Below are positions 36,556-47,763 of a stretch of 64,000 nucleotides of DNA, one piece after another. A program made the position numbers and the translations under genes. The stretch's first letter is position 1; every line of letters starts with the position of its first letter. The DNA comes from Longimicrobiales bacterium (lineage in GTDB: Bacteria > Gemmatimonadota > Gemmatimonadetes > Longimicrobiales > RSA9). Below the pieces are notes generated by a model. It saw nothing but the letters and a program-made list of their open reading frames with translations. It did not search any database and had not been told where the DNA came from. Where the stretch lies: positions 11,964-75,963 of the forward strand of contig DATHUY010000145.1 of the NCBI GenBank assembly GCA_035461765.1. The letters are read 5' to 3'.

Positions 36556-38393
36556 TGGGGTACGAGAGCCTGGAATCGTGCGTGCTCGATCTCGAACGCC
36601 ATGGCCATCTGGTGCGGATCCGCGAGGAGGTCGATCCGTATCTGGAGATGTCAGCCATCCACATGCGCGTCCACGAGCGCGGCGGGCCCGCGCTCCTGTT
36701 CGAGAATGTGAAGGGCACGCGGTTCCGGGCTGTCTCCAACCTGTTCGGCACCATGGAGCGCTCGCGCTTCATCTTCCGCGACACTCTCGATCGAGTGAAG
36801 GCTCTCGTCGCGCTCAAGTACGATCCGCTCCGCGCCGCGAAGAGTCCGGTCCGCTATCTGCCCGTCCTCGGCACCGCCACGTCCGCACTGCCCCGGCGCA
36901 TGAGGCGGGCTGCACCGGTCAGCCATGGCACGGCGGTGGTCAGCGAGCTGCCGCAGATCGTGAACTGGCCGCGCGACGGCGGTGCGTTCATCACGCTGCC
37001 GCAGGTCTACTCCGAGGATGTGAATGCGCCCGGCGTCATGAACGCCAACCTGGGCATGTATCGCATCCAGATGGGCGGCAACGAGTACGTCCCCGATCGC
37101 GAGATCGGGCTGCACTACCAGATCCATCGCGGTATCGGGGTGCACCAGGCGCGCGCCAACGAGGCGGGCAGACCTCTCGATGTCAGCGTATTCGTCGGCG
37201 GCCCGCCCGCGCACACGCTCGCTGCGGTAATGCCTCTGCCCGAGGGACTGCCGGAGGTGACGTTTGCCGGCGCGCTCGGCAATCGCGCGTTCCGCTGGTT
37301 CCGCGATGATGCGGGATTCGTCGTCTCGGCGGATGCCGACTTCGTGATCACGGGGACCGTGCACCCGCACGACAACAAGCCGGAAGGTCCGTTCGGCGAC
37401 CATCTCGGCTACTACAGTCTCGCGCACCCGTTTCCCGTCATGCGCGTCGCCCACGTCTATCACCGCAGGAACGCGATCTGGCCGTTCACCGTGGTCGGCC
37501 GGCCGCCGCAGGAGGACACCAGCTTCGGTGCGCTGATCCATGAGCTGACCGGCACTGCCATACCGCAGGAGATCCCGGGCGTTCACGCAGTCCATGCCGT
37601 GGATGCCGCCGGTGTCCACCCGCTGCTGTTCGCGATCGGCAGTGAGCGCTACACGCCGTTCCTCGAGGAGCGTCATCCGCAGGAGCTGCTCACGATCGCC
37701 AATCACATCTTCGGCAAGAATCAGCTGAGTCTGGCCAAGTACCTGTGGATCTGCGCGCACGAGGATGACCCGGACCTCGACATCCACGACGTCGCGGCGT
37801 TCATGATGCACGTGCTCGAGCGTTTCGATCCGACGCGTGACCTGCATTTCCAGACCAGGACGACGATCGACACGCTCGACTACAGCGGCACCGGCCTGAA
37901 TGCGGGCTCGAAGCTGGCGATCGCAGCCGCGGGGACGAGGCGCCGCGAGCTGGCGCGCGGGCTGCCGCCGGATCTGGCGCTGCCGCTGCCATTCGCAGGT
38001 GTGCAGCTGGTGTTTCCCGGTGTGGCGACCCTCAAGGCGCCGCCGTTTACGACGTACGCGCGCGCGGCACAGGAGATCCGCCTGCTGGAAGGGGAGCTGC
38101 GGGACCAGCCGCTCGATGGCCTGCCACTGCTGGTGCTGTGCGATGACCCCGCGTTCACGGCGGCGTCGATCGACAATTTCGTCTGGGTCACGTTCACGCG
38201 CAGCAATCCGTCACACGATGTGCACGGCGTCGGCAGCTTCATCGAGCACAAGCACTGGGGCTGCCGCGGTCCGGTCATCATCGATGCGCGCATCAAGCCG
38301 CACCATGCGCCCGTTCTGGAGAAGGATCCCGGAGTCGAGCGCCGCGTCGACCGTCTGGGCGCACGCGGCGCGTCGCTCCATGGTATCATTTAG
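36552..38393 (+). CDS. UbiD-family (prenylated-FMN-dependent) decarboxylase
   Basis: MMGYESLESCVLDLERHGHLVRIREEVDP N-terminus. EGPFGDHLGYY motif. GGAGAAGG lies before the ATG at 36552. Confidence 0.85.
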   Translation: MMGYESLESCVLDLERHGHLVRIREEVDPYLEMSAIHMRVHERGGPALLFENVKGTRFRAVSNLFGTMERSRFIFRDTLDRVKALVALKYDPLRAAKSPVRYLPVLGTATSALPRRMRRAAPVSHGTAVVSELPQIVNWPRDGGAFITLPQVYSEDVNAPGVMNANLGMYRIQMGGNEYVPDREIGLHYQIHRGIGVHQARANEAGRPLDVSVFVGGPPAHTLAAVMPLPEGLPEVTFAGALGNRAFRWFRDDAGFVVSADADFVITGTVHPHDNKPEGPFGDHLGYYSLAHPFPVMRVAHVYHRRNAIWPFTVVGRPPQEDTSFGALIHELTGTAIPQEIPGVHAVHAVDAAGVHPLLFAIGSERYTPFLEERHPQELLTIANHIFGKNQLSLAKYLWICAHEDDPDLDIHDVAAFMMHVLERFDPTRDLHFQTRTTIDTLDYSGTGLNAGSKLAIAAAGTRRRELARGLPPDLALPLPFAGVQLVFPGVATLKAPPFTTYARAAQEIRLLEGELRDQPLDGLPLLVLCDDPAFTAASIDNFVWVTFTRSNPSHDVHGVGSFIEHKHWGCRGPVIIDARIKPHHAPVLEKDPGVERRVDRLGARGASLHGII

Positions 38394-38448
38394 TCGCGGC
38401 GTGAGCCGAGCGCTGGCGTGCGCCGGCCGGCGCGTGGCCGGACCGGCT

Positions 38449-38787
38449 TCAGTCGGCCCGTTCAGTCACGGGGAACACGCGCTCCTCCGTGCCACTCACA
38501 TCGATGTAGCCATCACGGATGAGCACATCCTCTATCGCGGCCAGAGCCATGTCACGCCGCGGCGAGTCGTCACCGGGCCGGGAGCCTTCGTCGCCGACGC
38601 CGCGCGGCATGAGCCGCCGCTCCTCGGGTGCCGTGCGCACCGTCTCATCGATCTCGAGTACGTGCCGCATCACATGCTCCACGGCCGCCTGCCTCTCCTC
38701 CGCCGTCCAGCTGCCGCCCACCGATTCGTACGCGCTCAGCACCTCGTCCACATCTTCCCTTCGTATCTCGTAGGGGACCGGGTCCAT
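38449..38787 (-). CDS. Hypothetical small acidic protein
   Basis: 112-aa ORF from an internal ATG (MDPVPYEIRREDVDEVL...) with a non-shadow composition. Divergent from egtB. No family recognised. Confidence 0.4.
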   Translation of the reverse strand: MDPVPYEIRREDVDEVLSAYESVGGSWTAEERQAAVEHVMRHVLEIDETVRTAPEERRLMPRGVGDEGSRPGDDSPRRDMALAAIEDVLIRDGYIDVSGTEERVFPVTERAD

Positions 38788-38974
38788 TTCATGCTCCTGT
38801 GCGGGTTTGCGTTCGCCTCCGGTACGCGCGAAGAACGTGCCTGTCCGCACGGACACCGCCCGAGGGCCGGGTGGGTACCCAGTACCGGAATGGAGCTTGC
38901 ACTTCCAGACGCCGGAGGCCCCGCCGACAGCACGGCGGCACGGCACAATCGGGTCCAACCCCTGCAGGAAACTT

Positions 38975-40261
38975 ATGGCTACAGTGATGAGAGAGGCGGC
39001 GGCGGCGCCGCCGGTTGCGCGGTACATCGAGGTGCGCGGCCAGACGGAGCGTCTGTGCGAGCCGCTCGCCACGGAGGACTTCGTGGTTCAGTCGATGGCG
39101 GACGTGAGCCCCACCAAGTGGCACCTCGCGCATACCAGCTGGTTCTTCGAGACGTTCATCCTGAAGCCGCATCTGCCGGCCTATCGGGAGATCGATCCGC
39201 GCTATGCGTTCCTGTTCAACTCGTACTACATGCAGGCGGGCGAGCGGCACTGCCGGGCGCAGCGCGGCTACATCTCGCGTCCGACCGTCGCCGAGGTGTA
39301 CGACTACCGGCATCACGTCGACGAAGCTATGCAGCGCCTGCTCCGGGAAAGGGAGGACGGTGCCATCGCCGGCCTGCTCGAGCTGGGTCTGAACCACGAG
39401 CAGCAGCACCAGGAGCTGATGCTGACTGACATCAAGCACGTATTCTCCGTTAATCCGCTGCGTCCCGTATACCGGCCGCGGACGGCAGACCCGTCCGGCG
39501 ACACCGGGTCGGCGGAGTGGGTGGCTTTCGAGGGCGGACTGCACGAGATCGGGCATACCGGCGACGGGTTCAGCTACGACAATGAATCGCCGCGGCACCG
39601 GGTGTACGTTGAGCCGTTCCAACTTGCTTCGCGCCTCGTCACGAACGGCGAATACCTCGAATTCATGGAAGATGGTGGATACGGCAGACCGGAGCTGTGG
39701 CTTTCGATGGGCTGGGCGGCCGTTCAGGAGAACGAGTGGAGCGAGCCGTTCTACTGGGAGCAGCGCGACGGCGAGTGGTGGCTGTTCACGTTGAACGGCA
39801 TGCGGCGGGTGGAGGCGCACGAGCCGGTGTGCCACCTGAGCTACTTCGAGGCCGACGCGTTCGCCCGCTGGCGCGGAGCGCGGCTGCCGACCGAAGCGGA
39901 ATGGGAGATCGCCGCTGCGTCGACCGCTGCGGGGGCAGCGGTCGACGGCACCGGTGCGGGTAACCTGGTCGAGGATGGCAACTACCATCCGCTGCCCGCG
40001 CGTGCTGACACGGCGGGTCTGCAACAGATGTTCGGTGACGTCTGGGAATGGACACAGAGTCAGTACTCGCCCTACCCGGGTTATCGTCCGGCTCCGGGAG
40101 CGATCGGCGAGTACAACGGGAAGTTCATGTGCAACCAGTTCGTGCTGCGCGGCGGCTCCTGCGCGACACCGCGCAGTCACATTCGTGCCACGTACCGTAA
40201 CTTCTTCCCCCCCGAGGCGACCTGGCAGTTCAGCGGCGTCCGGCTGGCGAGCGACGGATGA
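38975..40261 (+). CDS. egtB: Ergothioneine biosynthesis sulfoxide synthase EgtB (DinB_2 + FGE-sulfatase domains)
   Basis: WHLAHTSWFFE, LGLNHEQQHQELMLTD, GDVWEWTQS, RGGSCATP. Start trimmed to the ATG at 38975. Confidence 0.85.
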   Translation: MATVMREAAAAPPVARYIEVRGQTERLCEPLATEDFVVQSMADVSPTKWHLAHTSWFFETFILKPHLPAYREIDPRYAFLFNSYYMQAGERHCRAQRGYISRPTVAEVYDYRHHVDEAMQRLLREREDGAIAGLLELGLNHEQQHQELMLTDIKHVFSVNPLRPVYRPRTADPSGDTGSAEWVAFEGGLHEIGHTGDGFSYDNESPRHRVYVEPFQLASRLVTNGEYLEFMEDGGYGRPELWLSMGWAAVQENEWSEPFYWEQRDGEWWLFTLNGMRRVEAHEPVCHLSYFEADAFARWRGARLPTEAEWEIAAASTAAGAAVDGTGAGNLVEDGNYHPLPARADTAGLQQMFGDVWEWTQSQYSPYPGYRPAPGAIGEYNGKFMCNQFVLRGGSCATPRSHIRATYRNFFPPEATWQFSGVRLASDG

Positions 40262-41241
40262 GCAGCGGTTCGGTACGTCTGCATGATCTGCATCCGGCCG
40301 CCGACCGGATGCTCGATGACGTCGTGCGCGGCCTCTCGTCCGTGCCACGCTCGCTGCCGCCGAAGTACTTCTACGACGCCGCGGGCGCAGCACTGTTCGA
40401 GCAGATCACAACGTTGCCGGAATACTATCCGACGTGCACCGAGCTGGAGATCCTCGAGCGCTACGACAGCGACATCGCCGCCGCCATACCCGCCGCCGCG
40501 CATCTCATCGAGTTCGGCAGCGGCAGCGGTCTGAAGACGCGGTTGCTGCTGCGTGCGCTCGATACGGCCGTCGCGTATTCACCCATCGACATCTCACGTA
40601 GACAGCTGATCGATTTCTCCACTGACGTGGCGGCCGAGTTTCCCGCGCTGCAGGTGCTCCCCGTCTGCGCCGATTATACACAGACCGTCACACTGCCGGA
40701 GCCGGACACCCCACCGACGGCGCGCGTGGCATTCTTCCCCGGCTCGAGCATTGGCAACTTCCAGCCGCTCGAGGCGGCGGCGTTCCTGCGCAGGGTGCGC
40801 TCGCTGTGCGGCGACTCGGGCGGGCTGCTGATCGGTGTGGATCAGGAGAAGGACACGGCTGTTCTCGAGCGCGCCTACAATGACGAGGCCGGCGTCACCG
40901 CCGCGTTCAACCTCAACATGCTCGTGCGATTGAACCGCGAGCTGGGCGCAGACTTCGACCTCACTGCGTTCCGGCATCACGCCTTCTACGACGAAGGCGA
41001 CCATCGCATTGAGATGCGACTCTTGTGTACACGGCCGTGCACCGTGACTATACCGAACCCCACGGGCGGCCCCGCCTGGACATTCGGATTCGAGGCCGGG
41101 GACCACATCACCACGGAATACTCCTATAAGTACTCGCGCGATGGTTTCGAAGAGATGGTCGCAGGGGCGGGCTGGCGGGCGGCACGGTACTGGACGGACG
41201 ATCGTTCCTGGTTCGGCGTCTGGCTGCTCGAGGCCGGCTGA
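40258..41241 (+). CDS. egtD: L-histidine N-alpha-methyltransferase EgtD
   Basis: PKYFYDAAGAALFEQITTLPEYYPTCTELEIL, IEFGSGSGLKTRLLL. ATGA overlap with the egtB stop. Confidence 0.85.
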   Translation: MSSGSVRLHDLHPAADRMLDDVVRGLSSVPRSLPPKYFYDAAGAALFEQITTLPEYYPTCTELEILERYDSDIAAAIPAAAHLIEFGSGSGLKTRLLLRALDTAVAYSPIDISRRQLIDFSTDVAAEFPALQVLPVCADYTQTVTLPEPDTPPTARVAFFPGSSIGNFQPLEAAAFLRRVRSLCGDSGGLLIGVDQEKDTAVLERAYNDEAGVTAAFNLNMLVRLNRELGADFDLTAFRHHAFYDEGDHRIEMRLLCTRPCTVTIPNPTGGPAWTFGFEAGDHITTEYSYKYSRDGFEEMVAGAGWRAARYWTDDRSWFGVWLLEAG

Positions 41242-41306
41242 CTGTCGTCCGCACACCGTGAGCGGGGCATGACTCCGCGATCCGTGCACGGGCATAGCGC
41301 GCGGCC

Positions 41307-42551
41307 ATGACCACCCTCGTGCTGGTCATCGGCGTTTCGCTGTCGATCTCGTTCATGTGCTCCATCCTGGAAGCGGTACTGCTGTCGGTCTCGCATTCCT
41401 ACGTGGCCGTGCTCCAGGAAGAGGGCGATCCGGCGGGCGATCTGCTCGCGCGCATGCGCAGCAACATCGACGAGCCGATCGCGGCCATCCTGACGCTCAA
41501 CACGATCGCGCATACCATCGGTGCTGCCATGGGCGGCGCCATAGCGCTGGAGGTGTTCGGAAGCCGGTGGATCGCGGCGTTCTCGGCAGTGCTGACGCTG
41601 ATCATCCTGATTTTCTCCGAGATCCTGCCCAAGACCATCGGCGCGACATTCTGGCAGCAGCTCGCTCCCGCCGCAGCGCGTGTGCTCCGCGTCATGATCA
41701 TCCTGATGAAGCCGATTCTGATCCCGCTGGCCGTGTTCAACCGGCTCATCACGCCCAAGGGGGAACGTGGCTCGACGGTGAGCCGAGCGGAGCTCGAAGT
41801 GCTGGCGGAGATCGGTCGCCGCGAAGGGACGATCGACCAGGCCGAGTGGGAGGTGATGACGAATGTCATGAACCTCGATGAGGTCCGGGTCGGTCAGGTC
41901 ATGACGCCGCGCACGCAGATGGTGGCCATCGATATCTCCACATCCCTCGATGAGGCGCAGCGGGTAATGCTCGACGAGGGGCACCTGCGGTTGCCGGTCT
42001 ACAACGAGCGCGTGGACAGCATTGTCGGCGTGCTGATCGCACGCGATCTGTGGCGCGCGGCGCGCGAGGGGGTCAGAGACCTGAAGACCGTGCTGCGGCC
42101 GGCGACGTTCGTGCCCGAATCGAAGCCTGTCGAAGCGCTCATCCGCGAGATGCGCATGCAGCGGCTCAAGATGGCGATAGTCCTGGACGAGTACGGCGGT
42201 ACCGCCGGTCTCGTGACGCTCGAGGATCTGATCGAGGAGATCGTCGGCGAGATCCAGGACGAGCACGAACAGGACCCGCTCCCGTTCGAAGAGGAGCTCG
42301 AAGGCGAGGTCCGCATCAGCGGTTCGGTCCCGGTGACGGAGGTGAACGAGCGATTCGAGCTGGATCTGCCCGAGGACATGTACGAGACCGTAGGCGGATT
42401 CGTCTTCGGCACGCTCGGCCGGGTAGGGAAGGTCGGTGATGAGGTGACCGTGACAGGGGGCGTGCTGCGCGTCATTGCGATGGACGGTCGCCGCATCGAT
42501 CGCGTCGCGTTCGTGCCCGACCCCTACAGCGACGTGCACGCTTCGGAGTAG
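41307..42551 (+). CDS. CNNM/HlyC/CorC-family protein (DUF21 TM domain + CBS pair + CorC_HlyC)
   Basis: Domain order recognised from SEILPKTIG (DUF21), the CBS pair region (VMTPRTQMVAID...LPVYNERVDSIVGVL) and the C-terminal transporter-associated domain. Confidence 0.8.
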   Translation: MTTLVLVIGVSLSISFMCSILEAVLLSVSHSYVAVLQEEGDPAGDLLARMRSNIDEPIAAILTLNTIAHTIGAAMGGAIALEVFGSRWIAAFSAVLTLIILIFSEILPKTIGATFWQQLAPAAARVLRVMIILMKPILIPLAVFNRLITPKGERGSTVSRAELEVLAEIGRREGTIDQAEWEVMTNVMNLDEVRVGQVMTPRTQMVAIDISTSLDEAQRVMLDEGHLRLPVYNERVDSIVGVLIARDLWRAAREGVRDLKTVLRPATFVPESKPVEALIREMRMQRLKMAIVLDEYGGTAGLVTLEDLIEEIVGEIQDEHEQDPLPFEEELEGEVRISGSVPVTEVNERFELDLPEDMYETVGGFVFGTLGRVGKVGDEVTVTGGVLRVIAMDGRRIDRVAFVPDPYSDVHASE

Positions 42552-42557
42552 ACGAGC

Positions 42558-42602
42558 GGAACCGGACGACGGGCCCGGTAATGGAGCCGCCGTCCGGTTT
42601 CC
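42558..42602. terminator. Imperfect hairpin between convergent genes
   Basis: GGAACCGGACGACGG ... CCGCCGTCCGGTTTCC, about 14 paired bases with one bulge, 3' TTT. Confidence 0.35.
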
Positions 42603-42608
42603 AGTCCA

Positions 42609-43562
42609 CTAGCAGTCGTGCTGATCCTCGCCTGTCCAGGCGGCCACGTCCTCCACGAACTGCCGCGCGAATATCGACACGTCGATCGCGTCCATGGGTG
42701 ACATAAGGAGCCGCGCCTCCACGCGTTCCAGGCTCGCGGCCGCCTTGACGTACGTGCTGTCAGCGCCCAGTGCCGCGGCGAAAGCCGCACGTGCACTCTC
42801 CAGCTCACCCGTCCGCTCCAGCGCAACGCCCAGGTTGTTCTGGAACGTCGCGGACAGCGGCACCAGCTCCACGGCCCGCGACAGCGGGCGCAGCGCATCC
42901 TCGTAGCGGCCGATGCGGATCAGTGCGAGCCCATAGTTGTTCATCGTCCACGCATCGTGATCGTTCAGCATCAGCGCCTGGCGATACGCATCGATCGCAT
43001 CCACACTCCGGCCCATCCCGGCGTAGACGTTCCCGAGCACGCGCCACACCTCGTGCGATGTCGGCTCCAGCTCCACGGCCTGCTCCAGGTGCGGCAGCGC
43101 CTCCGCCGCCCGGCCGCGCTCGAGCAGTACGCGACCCAGATTCGTACGGATCTTCACGGTCTCCCCGCTCAGCTCGACGGCGCGCGTGAGCGCATCCTCC
43201 GCTGTCGCGTGATCGCCCGACTTCCACGCGGACAGCCCGTGCATGTAGTGACCGAATGCGTTCGTGGGGTTTTCCGACGTGTAAACCTCGAACATCTCGG
43301 CCGATTCGTCATACCTGCCCCTGCGGAAGACCGACTCCGCATCGGCGTAGGCGACGTTCGTGAACCGTGGGGCCGGCTCCAGCGTCGACGTGTCGATCGG
43401 CGTGACCGCAGGCGCGGGCGCCGGCGCTGCGTGTGCAACGACGACTCCGCCCTCGGCGGCCCGTGCCTGCGCATCGCGATCATCGCTGCACGCACCGAGC
43501 AGCACCACTGCTGCGACTGTTCCGGCCGTCGCGAGGCCGCGTACTGCATTCGTCTTCATCAT
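42609..43562 (-). CDS. TPR-repeat lipoprotein
   Basis: Lipobox VLLGACSDD. Repeated TPR-like 34-mers (A..Y...L...P....A...LG). GGAGG lies before the ATG at 43562. Confidence 0.75.
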   Translation of the reverse strand: MMKTNAVRGLATAGTVAAVVLLGACSDDRDAQARAAEGGVVVAHAAPAPAPAVTPIDTSTLEPAPRFTNVAYADAESVFRRGRYDESAEMFEVYTSENPTNAFGHYMHGLSAWKSGDHATAEDALTRAVELSGETVKIRTNLGRVLLERGRAAEALPHLEQAVELEPTSHEVWRVLGNVYAGMGRSVDAIDAYRQALMLNDHDAWTMNNYGLALIRIGRYEDALRPLSRAVELVPLSATFQNNLGVALERTGELESARAAFAAALGADSTYVKAAASLERVEARLLMSPMDAIDVSIFARQFVEDVAAWTGEDQHDC

Positions 43563-43871
43563 GGGATTCCTCCTCGTTCGTGCGCCGTTCGCGGCGCGGT
43601 TCGCGTTGCGTTGTGGCGATGCACAGGAGCAAGCGCGCAACCATGCCGGCACGACCGTACCGGAGCGGCGGAATGCCTTATGGCAAAACACGTTACGGCG
43701 AATACTCTGCGGTGGCGGGTCGGTCGCGACGTGGCTGGCGGGACACGAATGCAGGAGGCGCTGTGTCCGCGTGGACACATCGCACGGCGTCCGCAGTCCG
43801 ATTGCATGCAGGCGCCCGATTACGTATTTCTCCAGTCCGAATTCACCGCGCCCACCAGCATCGAGCCCATC

Positions 43872-46307
43872 ATGAGAATTGACGACGCCGCGTTCACGGG
43901 GCTGTGCGTCCTGCTGCTCGCCGCCGGCGGCTGCGGCACGCGCGCGGCCGCCGCACCTGCCCAGACACCGGACCGTCCAGCGGGGGCGGCCGCGCGCGAC
44001 ACGGGGATGAAGCCGTATGCGCAGGCGATCCCGCGCGACGCGACTGCAGACAGCGGGATGTTCGTGGTGCACAGCACCGCGGACCGGGTACTGTTCGAGA
44101 TTCCGGACTCACTGCTCGGCCGCGAGATGCTGATGATCAGCCGGTGGGCGAGTGTGCCGACGAATTTCGGCGGGTTCAATCCAGCGGGTTTCTCGGCGCA
44201 GGAGCAGATCATGACGTGGGAGCGCCGCGGCGACCGGATCCTGCTGCGCAAGCACTCCTACGACCAGGTTGCGGCCGACAGTGCGGCGATTGCGCTCAGC
44301 GTAATGGCAAACAACCTGGCGCCGATCGTCGCATCGTTCCCGATTGCGGCGATCACGCCGGACTCCGGCGGGGTCGTGGTCGATGTAACGGATTTCTACA
44401 AGGGCGATACGCCTGCGATCAGCGGACTGAGCCCCGCTCGGCGCCGCGAGTACGGGGTGCGGCGCCTCGATCCGGAACGCAGCTACATCAATTCGGCGCG
44501 TGCGTACCCGATGAACGTGGAGGTGCGGCACACACAGACGTTCGAGGCGACGACACCGCCCTCGGATGAGCACATCGGCGCCCTCACGATCGACATGAAC
44601 CAGTCGCTGGTGCTGCTGCCGCGCGACCCGATGCGGCCGCGCCATGCGGACGACCGGGTCGGCTACTTCAGCATCCGTCAGATCAACTTCGGCATTGCGG
44701 ATCAGAAGGCGCCGGAGCAGCGCTTCATCCGGCGGTGGCGGCTGGAGCCGAGCGACCGGGCCGCGTACGCGCGTGGCGAGCTGGTAGAGCCGGTCAAGCC
44801 GATCGTCTACTATCTCGATCCTGCGACACCGCCCGAGTATCGCTCGTGCGTGCGTCAAGGCATTGAGGACTGGCAGGCGGCATTCGAGACGGCCGGCTTC
44901 CGCAATGCCATTGTCGCGGCCGATCCGCCGTCGGCGGCCGAGGACCCGGACTGGAACCCGGAGGATGTGCGCTACTCGGTGGTGCGGTGGGCCGCGAGCG
45001 AGACCCGCAACGCACAGGGTCCGAGCACGAGCGATCCGCGCACGGGCGAGATCATTGAGAGCGACATCGTCTGGTACCACAACCATCTCCGTTCGTATCG
45101 CAACCGCCTGCTGATCGAGACGGGTGCGGCGAACCCGGCGGTGCGGAGCCTGCCGATCGATGAGGGACTGATGTGCGAGGCGATGCGGCAGGTGATCGCA
45201 CACGAGGTCGGTCACGCCCTCGGACTCCCGCACAACATGATCTCGAGCTCCGCGTATCCTGTCGATTCGCTGCGGTCACCGACCTTCGCCGCGCGCATGG
45301 GTGTGGCGCCGTCGATCATGGACTACGCGCGGCAGAACTACGTGGCGCAGCCAGGCGATGGTCTTACCGGCGCGGACTTCATCCGCCGCATCGGGCCGTA
45401 TGACCACCACTCGATCAACTGGGGATACCGCGTCCTGCCGGACGCGCCGACGCCCGACGCGGAGGTGGCCACACTCAACCGCTGGATCACGGACCGCGCG
45501 AACGACCCGGTTTACCGGTTCCTCCAGGGCCAGCCGTCAGCCGCGGACCCGCGGTCGCAGACGGAGGACATCGGCGATGATCCGGTGCGTGCGAGCACGT
45601 ACGGCATCGAGAACCTGAAGCGCGTGCTGCCGAACCTCATCCGGTGGACTACGCGGCCGGGCGAGGACTATTCCGATCTGGAGGAGATCTACGGTGAGTT
45701 CGTGGGGCAGTGGTATCGCTACGTGAACCACGTCGCGGCCGTGATTGGCGGCGTGCACGCCGATCTCAAGACGGCCGATCAGGCAGGCGCGGTCTACAGT
45801 CCCGTCCCGCGCGCGGAGCAGGAACGGGCCCTCGAGTTCATCGCTGAACAGGTACTGGAGGAGCCCGTCTGGATACTGGATCAGGCCGTTCTCGATCGCA
45901 TCGGCACGGGCGGGCCGCAGCAGCTGCAGCAGCGACAGGCGGCGATGGTGAGCAACCTGCTGTCGAGCAGCCGGCTCGGCAGGATGGCGGAGCTCGAGCT
46001 GACCCACCCCGGCCGGGCCTGGCCGGTCGGTGATTACCTCGACGACGTCCGTTCGGCCGTGTGGGGCAGTGCGGCCGCGACCGCGCGCAATGCCTATCGT
46101 CGTGCGCTGCACCGTGCGCACGTCGCGCGGCTGGCCGCGCTGCTGAACAGTGAGACGGACGCGTCGGATGTGCGGGCGCTGGCTCGTGCGCAGCTGGTGA
46201 GCGTGCGTGCCGCGGCGAACACCGCTGCAGGCCAGGCGACCGGCGTGGCGCGTGCGCACCTGCGCGACATTGTGGAGCGTATCGACGAGGCGCTGGACCC
46301 GAGCTGA
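43872..46307 (+). CDS. Zinc-dependent metalloprotease (DUF5117/DUF4953-type), lipoprotein
   Basis: HEVGHALGLPHN zincin motif. Lipobox LLAAGGCG. Start trimmed to the ATG at 43872. Confidence 0.8.
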   Translation: MRIDDAAFTGLCVLLLAAGGCGTRAAAAPAQTPDRPAGAAARDTGMKPYAQAIPRDATADSGMFVVHSTADRVLFEIPDSLLGREMLMISRWASVPTNFGGFNPAGFSAQEQIMTWERRGDRILLRKHSYDQVAADSAAIALSVMANNLAPIVASFPIAAITPDSGGVVVDVTDFYKGDTPAISGLSPARRREYGVRRLDPERSYINSARAYPMNVEVRHTQTFEATTPPSDEHIGALTIDMNQSLVLLPRDPMRPRHADDRVGYFSIRQINFGIADQKAPEQRFIRRWRLEPSDRAAYARGELVEPVKPIVYYLDPATPPEYRSCVRQGIEDWQAAFETAGFRNAIVAADPPSAAEDPDWNPEDVRYSVVRWAASETRNAQGPSTSDPRTGEIIESDIVWYHNHLRSYRNRLLIETGAANPAVRSLPIDEGLMCEAMRQVIAHEVGHALGLPHNMISSSAYPVDSLRSPTFAARMGVAPSIMDYARQNYVAQPGDGLTGADFIRRIGPYDHHSINWGYRVLPDAPTPDAEVATLNRWITDRANDPVYRFLQGQPSAADPRSQTEDIGDDPVRASTYGIENLKRVLPNLIRWTTRPGEDYSDLEEIYGEFVGQWYRYVNHVAAVIGGVHADLKTADQAGAVYSPVPRAEQERALEFIAEQVLEEPVWILDQAVLDRIGTGGPQQLQQRQAAMVSNLLSSSRLGRMAELELTHPGRAWPVGDYLDDVRSAVWGSAAATARNAYRRALHRAHVARLAALLNSETDASDVRALARAQLVSVRAAANTAAGQATGVARAHLRDIVERIDEALDPS

Positions 46308-46360
46308 ATGAACTGAAGTGGCGACGCGACCGAGCTGAAGGCACCGACGATGCGGCGCGC

Positions 46361-46386
46361 CGGAACGAGCGGCGTGCGTCGTTCCG
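46361..46386. terminator. Hairpin directly after the NtrC-like stop, between convergent genes
   Basis: CGGAACGA - 10-nt loop - TCGTTCCG, 8-bp stem. Confidence 0.3.
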
Positions 46387-47759
<1,373 letters not shown>

Positions 47760-47763
<4 letters not shown>

